From the NCBI GenBank assembly GCA_964351995.1, contig CAYGQE010000006.1:65045-129044 (forward strand): DNA of 64,000 nt. The letters run 5' to 3'. The notes under the pieces are model-generated. The model ran no database searches and was not told the DNA's origin. It saw only the letters and a list, made by a program, of their open reading frames with translations. The translations under genes were made by a program, and so were the position numbers. Shown piece after piece: positions 36,657-44,473 of the stretch. The stretch's first letter is position 1. Every line of letters starts with the position of its first letter. The stretch comes from an uncultured Acidimicrobiaceae bacterium (lineage in GTDB: Bacteria > Actinomycetota > Acidimicrobiia > Acidimicrobiales > SZUA-35).

Positions 36657-38788
36657 CAGGCTGCCGCCTCCTTCTGCATGCGACGAATATTCAGGATCAT
36701 GACGGGGAGCACGGAGAGGAACAAGATGATGGCGAGTGCCGCACCGGTGCCTGTTCGACTGAACTGGAAGGACTGGTTGATCATGCGGTTGGCCAACACG
36801 TCAGTGTCGAAGTTGCCGCCGGTCATGACCTTGACGATGTCGTAGACCTTGGTGACTCGAACCACGATGGTCGTGACCACCACGCCGATCGTCGGGGCGA
36901 TCTGGGGGATCGTGATCCTCCAGAACACTTGGGTGTCATCAGCACCGTCGATCTTGGCTGCTTCGATGTACTCGGCGGGAACTGCCTTGATGGCGGCGGA
37001 GAGAATCACCATCGCGAAGCCGGTCTCGATCCACAGCAGCACGACCATCAACCAGAAGTTGTTGAAGGGGCCGGTTTCCAAGAAGGTGATGGGCCTCGGG
37101 ATCACCGTGCCGGTGGCGACACCGTTCTCGTCGGTCAAGATCTCGTAGCCGCCGATGCCCTCGACGCCGGTGCGGTAGGCGAGGTAGGCAGGGATCAAGA
37201 ACGCCAGGCCCCAGCCCACGTTGCCGGCGAGACCGTGCTTGGCGCCCGAGGTTGCTGCCTTGAACAAGAAGAACGCAGCCATCGCAGCAAAGACCGCCAC
37301 GAACAACCACTTCGCTGGGAAGTTGAAGATCTCGAAGTCGAGGATGCCAACACCGAGGTTGGTGAACCGTTCGGCGTCGTAGTCATCGACATCACCGCTG
37401 GTCGGCGCGGCACCTGCGGTCTTGGAGCCGAGCCAAGCCCAGATCGAGTTGAGCACGCCGGTCTGAGGCTTGCTCTGGTCCTGGCTGCGATACATGAAGC
37501 GCCAGATGATCGAGGCACCAACGAACGAGATGGCCATCGGCATGAAGATCAAGCTCTTGGCGATCTTCTCGCCCTTTGCCCCGTCGGACCAGGCTGCGAC
37601 CGCCAAGCCCATGCCGGTGGCGAACACGGTGACTGTGACGACCCACCAGAGGTTGTTGAAGATCGTTCCTCGGAGCACCGAGAAGGCGCCGAACGTGAGG
37701 AGGACACCACCGAAGAGTGCGATGAACCCGCTTTGCGGCGACCAGGAACGGGCCCGGCCCGTTTGCTTGCCTTCGACCATGGCCACGATGAGGCCGATGA
37801 CGAGGAGCGGCAGGCCGATGAGGAACAATCGGCTGGTGAAGAAATTCGTCCAGTTGTCGAGATCGAAGTTGTCGGTGTTCCAACCGCCACCGACTCGAAC
37901 GACACCCGAGTAGTTGTCGCCAGCGACGAAGCCCTCGCCATCATCGTCTCGGAACGACAGGATCGCCGTGATGATCGTGGGCAGAATCAGTGTGGCGGAA
38001 ATGAACAGCAGTGCCGGAGCCATGAAGATCCAGGCTCGGGACTTCTGATCGAGGACGGTTCGTGCGTTTGCATCGGGGTGTTGGGTCGAGCCGATGGCGA
38101 AACCAATGAGTACTGCGGGAACAACAGCGGAGATCAGTGTCTCGACCAGGGGCCCACCACCCAAGTTGGCGGCACCAAAGCTGCCGCAGATCCAGCCGAT
38201 GGCCACGAACACCGCAAGTGTGGGAAGAAGGTTTTTGCTTCGGAGCGTGGCCCAGGCAGCACCGAGCAGGCCGAAACCTACGGGCCAACCAATGAGCGGA
38301 CCCGTCTGCAGCCGCGGCATGTAGGCGGTCTTGAGGGTGAAGCCAACGATGAGACCAACCGCCAGACCAACGCCGAGGCCGATGACCATTCGTTGTTTGG
38401 CTTCGGTCGCTTTCGACAGGGCGTAACCAACGCCAGCGCCAATGGCAGCACCGGGAATCGCCCACCACATCAGGGCAACGATGTTGGCAACGAAGTCAGC
38501 GGGTTCGCGTTCACTGCCCCAGGTGAGCGCTTCACGAGTCGCTTCCATGCCGCCGGCATGGGTGAGCAGTTGATTGCCGTGGAGAATCGAGAAGAAGACG
38601 AACCCGACGAGGCCGCCAGCCATCGCAGAGAAGCGACTCCAGTTCTTGGTGGTCTGATCGAAGACCAGATTCACCCCCACCCACAACGCCGTGAATACGC
38701 CCACGGCGATGGCGACGCTCAGCACCGTGATGGCCAGCTTGCCCATGTTTCCCCTTTTGATCTGTCCCTCGGCGGGCGAGTATTCCAC
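36656..38788 (-). CDS. Oversized carbohydrate ABC transporter permease (MalF-like core plus extra polytopic regions)
   Basis: EAA-loop EAAKIDGADDTQVFWRITIP near the C-terminus. The canonical core begins near SRAWIFMAPALLF. About 250 aa of additional N-terminal TM helices and further inserted helices bring it to 710 aa. Confidence 0.8.
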   Translation of the reverse strand: MEYSPAEGQIKRGNMGKLAITVLSVAIAVGVFTALWVGVNLVFDQTTKNWSRFSAMAGGLVGFVFFSILHGNQLLTHAGGMEATREALTWGSEREPADFVANIVALMWWAIPGAAIGAGVGYALSKATEAKQRMVIGLGVGLAVGLIVGFTLKTAYMPRLQTGPLIGWPVGFGLLGAAWATLRSKNLLPTLAVFVAIGWICGSFGAANLGGGPLVETLISAVVPAVLIGFAIGSTQHPDANARTVLDQKSRAWIFMAPALLFISATLILPTIITAILSFRDDDGEGFVAGDNYSGVVRVGGGWNTDNFDLDNWTNFFTSRLFLIGLPLLVIGLIVAMVEGKQTGRARSWSPQSGFIALFGGVLLTFGAFSVLRGTIFNNLWWVVTVTVFATGMGLAVAAWSDGAKGEKIAKSLIFMPMAISFVGASIIWRFMYRSQDQSKPQTGVLNSIWAWLGSKTAGAAPTSGDVDDYDAERFTNLGVGILDFEIFNFPAKWLFVAVFAAMAAFFLFKAATSGAKHGLAGNVGWGLAFLIPAYLAYRTGVEGIGGYEILTDENGVATGTVIPRPITFLETGPFNNFWLMVVLLWIETGFAMVILSAAIKAVPAEYIEAAKIDGADDTQVFWRITIPQIAPTIGVVVTTIVVRVTKVYDIVKVMTGGNFDTDVLANRMINQSFQFSRTGTGAALAIILFLSVLPVMILNIRRMQKEAAA

Positions 38789-38848
38789 GGATACCCAATG
38801 GGCGACAGTGGAACGGTCTCACCCGAAAAGGAGCCCTTCACAAAACGC

Positions 38849-38880
38849 GAACAGACGCCGGCCGAAGCCGACGCCTGTTC
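38849..38880 (-). terminator. Intra-operon hairpin (attenuator/terminator) after the binding-protein gene
   Basis: Imperfect 14-bp inverted repeat GAACAGACGCCGGC cgaa GCCGACGCCTGTTC. On the minus RNA it is followed by GCGUUUUGUG. Confidence 0.5.
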
Positions 38881-38935
38881 GTGATCATGTGATCCGCATC
38901 AGCTCAACTCACCGTGGTGAGCAGAGCTGGCGGGA

Positions 38936-40354
38936 TCAGGAAGGCCAGGAGGCCTGGATCTTGTCAGCGGCTTCTTGAGCGGTCTGCTCGCCGTTGATTG
39001 CTGCGGTGCCTTCGGTCCAGAAGGTTCCGGCACCAACGTCGGCAGGCATGAGGTCGGACGCATCGAAGCGAACGGTCTCAGCGCCAACGAGGCTGGCGAT
39101 CATGCTGGCCTCGAGAGGCGCATAGATCGAGGTGTCGAGTCCCTGAACAGCGGTGAGGAAACCGGAGAGGTCGCCACCGTTGAGTTCACGCTGGGCGACC
39201 TGGCGGGCCGCGGCGTACTCGGGGGTCGCCATGTAGTCCATGATGGCCCAGACTTCGGGGCGATCCGAGAAGGCAGCGGCGAGGGTGCCGGCACCGAGGA
39301 CCGGCGCACCGGTGTTGGACGGGAAGTAGAACACGTCAACGGCGTCTTCGGAGCCATCGGCGAAGGCTTGGCCTTCATCGAACTGGTTCGAGAAGAACGA
39401 AGCCTGACGGTGCATCATGCAGTCGCCGGCAGCGAGTGCCGGAGCGTTTGCACCGAAGAAGGTCGAGGAGATGGTGCCGCCCGGGGCGAAGACCATGCCG
39501 TCGGTGTTGAACAGATCAAGCACGGCCTGCATCTGCGCAACGACACGCTCGTCGTTGAAGGGGATCTCGTTGGTGACCCACTGGTCGTAGACCTCGACGG
39601 GCTCGAAGCGAAGCATCATCTCTTCGACCCAGTCGGTGTACGGCCAACCCGTGGCAGTGCCGGACTCGATGCCCATGCACAGCGGGGTGTCGCCATTGGC
39701 GATCATCTCGCCGGTGAGGGCGACGAACTCGTCAAATGTCGTGGGGATCGTGTAGCCGCCAGCCTCGAATGCAGCAGGCTGGTACCAGACGAGCGACTTG
39801 ATGTCGGTCTTGACCGGGATACCGACCTGAGCGCCATCGACGTTGCCGAAGACGGTCCAGGCGTCACTCCAGTTGGAAGCAGTGGTAGCGGCGACGTCGT
39901 CGGGAAGCGGCACGAGGATGCCATCACGAGCGAAGTCGGCAAGCTTGCCGGGCTGCGGGAAGACCGAGATGTCCGGCGGGGCGCCAGCCTCGACCTGGAT
40001 GTTGACTTCGGATTCCCAGTCGGCGGAGCCGGTGTAGGTGACCGTGATGCCAAGGGATTCGCCGTAGGCGCCGAGGACTTGCTGGATTGCTCCAGCTTCG
40101 GGCTCAGAGCGCTCGGGACCGGTGATGTTGACCTCGGTGCCGGAGAGGTCGACTTCTTCCATCGCCTCTTCTTCTTCTTCCATGGCTTCTTCTTCCATGG
40201 CTTCGGTGGTGTCAGAGGACTCTTCCTCGGCGGCAGCCTCGGTGGTGTCGGTCTCTTCGGCCGTATCTGCTTCATCGTCCCCGCTACACGCTGCTGCCAC
40301 CATAGAGAAGGCAAACAAGAGTGCAAGCAGAGTCTTCCATTGCGAAAGTCGCAT
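38936..40354 (-). CDS. ABC transporter extracellular solute-binding lipoprotein (sugar family)
   Basis: Lipobox VAAACSG and an acidic EEAMEEEEEAMEE linker, followed by a family-1 SBP-like profile. Confidence 0.85.
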   Translation of the reverse strand: MRLSQWKTLLALLFAFSMVAAACSGDDEADTAEETDTTEAAAEEESSDTTEAMEEEAMEEEEEAMEEVDLSGTEVNITGPERSEPEAGAIQQVLGAYGESLGITVTYTGSADWESEVNIQVEAGAPPDISVFPQPGKLADFARDGILVPLPDDVAATTASNWSDAWTVFGNVDGAQVGIPVKTDIKSLVWYQPAAFEAGGYTIPTTFDEFVALTGEMIANGDTPLCMGIESGTATGWPYTDWVEEMMLRFEPVEVYDQWVTNEIPFNDERVVAQMQAVLDLFNTDGMVFAPGGTISSTFFGANAPALAAGDCMMHRQASFFSNQFDEGQAFADGSEDAVDVFYFPSNTGAPVLGAGTLAAAFSDRPEVWAIMDYMATPEYAAARQVAQRELNGGDLSGFLTAVQGLDTSIYAPLEASMIASLVGAETVRFDASDLMPADVGAGTFWTEGTAAINGEQTAQEAADKIQASWPS

Positions 40355-40432
40355 TGGTAACCCTTTCCATCAGTTGAGCCCGGCGAGCCAGGCATTCTCC
40401 CCAACATCAGGATTGTCGAACGACGCCCCCGA

Positions 40433-40446
40433 TGTAAGCGCTTACA
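40433..40446. promoter_or_regulatory. LacI/GalR-type operator-like perfect palindrome TGTAAGCGCTTACA
   Basis: Perfect 14-bp palindrome with a central CG, 79 nt upstream of the SBP start. It fits the TGnAAnCGnTTnCA family consensus. Confidence 0.5.
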
Positions 40447-40536
40447 GTCGTAAGCGGTGGCGACGATAGCCCGATGTCACACCTTCTCCGGCGTCGGCCT
40501 CGAAATCGTCATAGAGACAGACGCTGGATCGCGGCG

Positions 40537-40947
40537 TCAGACGGCATCTGACCTGGGGCTTGCTGAAGCCGTCGGTCGCTGCGGCGTCATGTCGCGCCAC
40601 CGATCGGCCTCGAGGCGAGCTTCTGCCTCGGCGGGAATGGCGAGATAGCTGGCGTTCCATGAGCGAGTCGACGGGATCGACGAGAGGAACGACCACACGT
40701 AGCGCGAGCCGAAGCCGATGATGCCCTGTTCGTACCACTGGCGGACATGGACGATCTCGTGAGCAAGCAGGAGACTTCGCCCGTCGTTGGCAACGTCGGT
40801 GGCCAAGAAGACGTGGCGACCGAGCGTGATGCCGACGTACGAGCCAGGGAGGGCAGGGATCTCGTAGACCCGCACCCGAGCGGCCAGAGCACGGGGGATG
40901 TGGCGATAGCTGTTGAGTTCGATGGGGTTCAGCGGACGGCCGGGCAC
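40537..40947 (-). CDS. DUF4157 domain protein (HExxH zincin-like)
   Basis: LLLAHEIVHVRQW matches the DUF4157 HExxHxxQ signature. GTG start. Confidence 0.65.
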   Translation of the reverse strand: MPGRPLNPIELNSYRHIPRALAARVRVYEIPALPGSYVGITLGRHVFLATDVANDGRSLLLAHEIVHVRQWYEQGIIGFGSRYVWSFLSSIPSTRSWNASYLAIPAEAEARLEADRWRDMTPQRPTASASPRSDAV

Positions 40948-41166
40948 ATGACGAAGCTAGCCCGAGGCATCTTCGGTGGTGGTGCGATCCGGGTCGCTGC
41001 CTACCCTCCGACCGTGCCTGATCTTGTGCCAGACCGAACCTCGACCGCCCGTGTGCTCGTGGCACTTGCAGCTGCGGGTCTCGGGGGCGTGGTGATCGCT
41101 CGTTGGTATCCGGTTGCACGGCGGCAGCAACGATCGGCCTCCGGGGGCCCGGTTGCTGGCGGACGC

Positions 41167-42531
41167 ATGTCGATCCGAAACCTTCGTCTGGTCAGGCTCG
41201 GGGCCAAGAGTGGTGGCCGCTACGCAGTTCATCGTGCCCGCCGAACCTTTGCCTCGGCCGAGCGGGCGGCCACGCTCGACACCGAGTTCGAGCTGAAGAC
41301 CGCCGCTGATGTTGCCAACGAGCTCGGCAACATGAAGGGCGCCATGATGAAGATCGGCCAGATGGCCAGCTACATCGACACCGGTCTGCCCGATCATGTG
41401 CGCGACACACTGGCCTCCCTCCAGAGCAACGCCCCGCCGATGTCTGGCGAGCTGGCGGCAGAACAGATCGAACGCGAGCTCGGAAAACATCCATCCGAGA
41501 TCTTCGCCGAGTGGGACCCTGTCCCGATTGCGTCGGCCTCGATCGGTCAGGTGCACCGGGCCATCACCTTTGATGACCGAGCTGTTGCGGTGAAGGTGCA
41601 ATACCCGGGTGTCGCCGAAGCAGTGTCCGCTGACCTCGGCAACGCCGACTGGCTGTTCGGGATGTTGGCGTCGATGTTTCCCGGTCTCGAGCCCGGCCCG
41701 GTGGTCGCCGAGCTCAAGGAACGATTGGTCGAAGAACTCGACTACGTGGCGGAAGCACGCAACCAGCGTTACTACGCCGATTTCTTCGACCGGCATCCAT
41801 TCATCCACGTACCCCAGGTGCTCGATCAATACTCGACGGGCCGAGTGCTCACCACCGAACTCGCCATTGGTTCGACCTTCGCCGAGGTGTGCGAGTGGAG
41901 TGAAGAGGAGAAGAATCTTGCGGCGGAGACATTGTTCCGCTTCTCGTTCGGTTCGATCTACCGACTCCATGCGTTCAACGGCGACCCCCACCCCGGCAAC
42001 TATCTGTTCAACAAGGGTGGCAAGGTCACGTTCCTCGACTTCGGACTGGTCAAGCGTTTCGTCCCGACCGAGACCAAGCTCTTCGAGGACCTGATCCAGC
42101 TCATGGTGATCGATAGGGATCACGCGGGTTTCCGCAAGGTCGTCGAAGATGCTGGGCTTCTCGCCGTTGACGCACCGTTCACTGACGAGCAGGTGGAGGA
42201 GTACTTCATGTTCTTCTACCGCTACGTCATGACCGACGGCTTGGTCACGATCGATCAGGAGTATGCGTCGGCTGGTGTCGGCATGTTGTTCGATGCCAGC
42301 TCAGAACATGGCGAACTCATGCGGACGCTCAACGTCCCGCCGTCGTTCGTCGTGTTGCAGCGCATCACGCTTGGACTCATGGGGCTGTTTGCTCGGCTCG
42401 AAGCCACGGCCAATTGGCGCAAGGTCGCCGAAGAGTTGTGGCCCTTCGTTTCTGGCGAGCCATCGACGCCCACCGGCGTGGCGATCGAGGAATGGCGTCA
42501 GCAGCGAGGTCAGAGCCGGTTCGGCTTGTAG
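41167..42531 (+). CDS. ABC1/UbiB (AarF) family atypical kinase
   Basis: MKIGQMAS, ASASIGQVHRA and FNGDPHPGNYLF motifs. ATG 41167 is preferred because the longer ORF (40747) overlaps the divergent gene. Confidence 0.85.
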   Translation: MSIRNLRLVRLGAKSGGRYAVHRARRTFASAERAATLDTEFELKTAADVANELGNMKGAMMKIGQMASYIDTGLPDHVRDTLASLQSNAPPMSGELAAEQIERELGKHPSEIFAEWDPVPIASASIGQVHRAITFDDRAVAVKVQYPGVAEAVSADLGNADWLFGMLASMFPGLEPGPVVAELKERLVEELDYVAEARNQRYYADFFDRHPFIHVPQVLDQYSTGRVLTTELAIGSTFAEVCEWSEEEKNLAAETLFRFSFGSIYRLHAFNGDPHPGNYLFNKGGKVTFLDFGLVKRFVPTETKLFEDLIQLMVIDRDHAGFRKVVEDAGLLAVDAPFTDEQVEEYFMFFYRYVMTDGLVTIDQEYASAGVGMLFDASSEHGELMRTLNVPPSFVVLQRITLGLMGLFARLEATANWRKVAEELWPFVSGEPSTPTGVAIEEWRQQRGQSRFGL

Positions 42532-42536
42532 CTCCC

Positions 42537-43598
42537 TCAGGTGGGTCGCCCCGCACCTGAGGGGCGGGCGGCAGGAACACAGTGGTTGTCCGGACACATG
42601 TCCGGCCACGGCCCACTATCGCCGAGAAAGAGGCGAGGCTTCTCGTTGATCTGTTCTTCGAGGAGCTCTCTCACCATCGTGACGAAGCGAGGGTGTGCGC
42701 CAACCGTCGCCGCCCTGGTCATGCGCATCGACGCGCCCTCGGCGGCCTCGGCCGCTTGGGTGTCGAGGTCGAACATGACCTCCATGTGGTCACTGACGAA
42801 CCCGAGGGGAACCACCACCACATCGTCGGTCGAGCGACCGTGCAGATCGTGCAGGTGGTCGACGATGTCTGGCTCGAGCCAGGGCACCTGCGGGGGCCCG
42901 CTGCGGCTCTGCCACACAAGATCCCAATCGTCGGAGGTCCCAGCCAGGCCGCTGATGATCGACGCTGCTTCTCGAAGTTGATTTTCGTACTCGCTGGTCG
43001 CTGCCATGGAGAGCGGGATCGAATGTGCGGTGAAAACTACTCGAGGTTCGGCGCCATGGGCCTGGCGATGAGCGTCGACAGCCCGGGCCAGCTTCTCAGC
43101 GGCTGGCTCGCAGAAGCCCGGGTGGTTGTAGAACAGGCGAAGCTTCTGGAGTTCGATGTCGGCCCCGGTGACCGCTTCGCCTGCGGCAATCAAGTTCTCG
43201 CGGTACTGACGGCATCCCGAGTAGGAACTGAACGCCGAGGTGACGAACACGAAGACTTTCGTGATGCCGTCGTCGGCCATTTGCTGCACGGTGTCGTCGA
43301 GGTAGGGGGCCCAGTTGCGGTTGCCCCAGTAGACGGGAATCTCGATGTTGTTGGCAGCAAAATCGGCCTCGATGGCCCACTTCAGCTCACGGTTCTGGGC
43401 ATTGATCGGAGATACGCCCTCGAATTGGTCGTATTGCTTGGCCACCTCGGCGAGTCGTTCATCGGGGACGTTGCGGCCCTTGACGACATTGCGCAAGAAC
43501 GGCAGCACGTCGTCGGGTCCCTCTGGCCCCCCGAAGGACAACAGAAGCAGAGCAGTGGTGGGCGTGGTCACGGGGTCGACTCCGGGTTCGTGCGTCAT
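42537..43598 (-). CDS. hemH: Ferrochelatase (coproporphyrin ferrochelatase type)
   Basis: LLLSFGGPEGPDDVLPFLRNV N-terminus and FTAHSIP motifs. Confidence 0.9.
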   Translation of the reverse strand: MTHEPGVDPVTTPTTALLLLSFGGPEGPDDVLPFLRNVVKGRNVPDERLAEVAKQYDQFEGVSPINAQNRELKWAIEADFAANNIEIPVYWGNRNWAPYLDDTVQQMADDGITKVFVFVTSAFSSYSGCRQYRENLIAAGEAVTGADIELQKLRLFYNHPGFCEPAAEKLARAVDAHRQAHGAEPRVVFTAHSIPLSMAATSEYENQLREAASIISGLAGTSDDWDLVWQSRSGPPQVPWLEPDIVDHLHDLHGRSTDDVVVVPLGFVSDHMEVMFDLDTQAAEAAEGASMRMTRAATVGAHPRFVTMVRELLEEQINEKPRLFLGDSGPWPDMCPDNHCVPAARPSGAGRPT

Positions 43599-43632
43599 TC
43601 CTGGCAGTGTGCCGGTGGATGGACGCGCCTTT

Positions 43633-43658
43633 GCCGGCGCCCGGTGACGGGCGCCGGC
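43633..43658. terminator. Perfect 11-bp GC hairpin between the WhiB-like gene stop and the hemH start
   Basis: GCCGGCGCCCG gtga CGGGCGCCGGC. There is no clear U-tract. Confidence 0.45.
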
Positions 43659-43668
43659 AGGATGGGAT

Positions 43669-44073
43669 TCAGGAAGCGATCAACGCAGATGCGTCGATGT
43701 GCTCGATGCTGACGATTTCGACGCTGCTCTGGCTGTTGAGTTCAACGTCGACGGCAAGTTGTCGGCGAGCGTTATCTCGGGCTTGGATGACCGAGCGGCG
43801 ACTGGGTGAGCGAGGGGCGTATCCGGCGGCGGCGCGCTCTTCGTCGTTTTCGGCTCCCCAAAAGCCGTGTTCCCGGTTGAGGCGGGCGGTGCGGCGGCAC
43901 GGGAGCATCACGGGGCACGAGAGGCAGTAGCTCTTCGCCAGTGCTTCGCGCTCGACGCGTCGCTCGGGGCGCTCAGCCGATGGCCCGAAGAACACTTCGG
44001 TCAGGCCCTTGCACACTGCCTCGTCTTGCCAACTGAGATCAGTATCTGGGTGGGCGGTGAACTCGGTATCCAT
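43669..44073 (-). CDS. WhiB-family protein with about 55-aa C-terminal extension
   Basis: WQDEAVCKG...FFGP...AKSYCLSCPVMLPC...GFWGAENDEER gives four Cys in C-x29-C-x2-C-x5-C spacing. ATG 44073 is preferred because the N-terminus of the 170-aa ORF is hydrophobic and implausible. Confidence 0.75.
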   Translation of the reverse strand: MDTEFTAHPDTDLSWQDEAVCKGLTEVFFGPSAERPERRVEREALAKSYCLSCPVMLPCRRTARLNREHGFWGAENDEERAAAGYAPRSPSRRSVIQARDNARRQLAVDVELNSQSSVEIVSIEHIDASALIAS

Positions 44074-44104
44074 GACAGGTCCTTTGCGGGCTTCGACGAG
44101 TGCG

Positions 44105-44140
44105 TTTAGCACTAAAGGCAGTTTTAGCACTAAGACCGTG
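44105..44140. repeat. Two direct repeats with 18-bp period (TTTAGCACTAA core) 32-69 nt upstream of the WhiB-like start
   Basis: TTTAGCACTAAaggcagt TTTAGCACTAAgaccgtg. The core is an imperfect palindrome (TTAG ca CTAA) in the most AT-rich patch of the region. Confidence 0.6.
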
Positions 44141-44151
44141 AAAAAGGCAAG

Positions 44152-44189
44152 CAAAAGTTGACCCGTTGTGGCGAAGGACACAACTTTTG
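44152..44189 (-). terminator. Terminator-like hairpin inside the long intergenic region
   Basis: CAAAAGTTG...CAACTTTTG arms with inner GTTGTG/CACAAC pairing. On the minus RNA it is followed by CUUGCCUUUUUC. Confidence 0.4.
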
Positions 44190-44473
44190 GGGGACACCGT
44201 GAACGCGTCGGCGCTGTGCGCCTTTGCCGTTCTCAGAGTTCTTCGCTGGCGCTCAGAACTCGCATCCGGAAGGGGAGACGCAGGAACGTTGGCTGCAGGC
44301 TTGTTGTGGGGCTCTTTCAAGGGCGAGTTGAGAGCCCTCGGCGAGCAACTCGGGGTCCGCCCGAGGCCGCTAAGCCGAGGCGGACAGGTTGAGGACTTCA
44401 GCGGATAGGGAGAGCACGCAGTGCGTCAACCCGCTGAATCCAAGGAATAGTCGCGGCGCGCAGCGCCTATCCG

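Noticed and set aside
36929-40360. Long plus-strand ORFs (651 aa and 461 aa) opposite the permease and binding-protein genes
   Set aside because: No recognisable motifs, extreme Gly/Asp/Arg/Glu composition, and fully antisense to genes with strong family signatures.
40747-41166. N-terminal extension of the ABC1 kinase (594-aa ORF)
   Set aside because: The extension overlaps the divergent DUF4157 gene on the other strand, and family members are about 440-460 aa. The ATG at 41167 is preferred. An intermediate start at 40948 would add one TM-like helix and cannot be fully excluded.
43669-44181. 170-aa version of the WhiB-like protein starting at 44181
   Set aside because: The extra 36 residues (MSFATTGQLLLAFFTVLVLKLPLVLNALVEARKGPV) would be encoded by the AT-rich repeat and promoter region, and Wbl proteins do not have such a segment.
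44233-44265. 10-aa upstream ORF (MRVLSASEEL) in the WhiB-like leader, by analogy with the whiB7 uORF
   Set aside because: No Shine-Dalgarno-like sequence precedes it, and its length and composition are unremarkable. It cannot be distinguished from chance.
44074-44473. Cobalamin riboswitch next to the B12-binding regulator
   Set aside because: I looked on both strands for the B12 box (AGYCMGGnGACCKGCC-like) and the GGUG..AAUCC..CCCGC core. Only scattered partial resemblances appear (for example GCTGAATCC), and they are in the wrong order. A covariance-model scan is still advisable.
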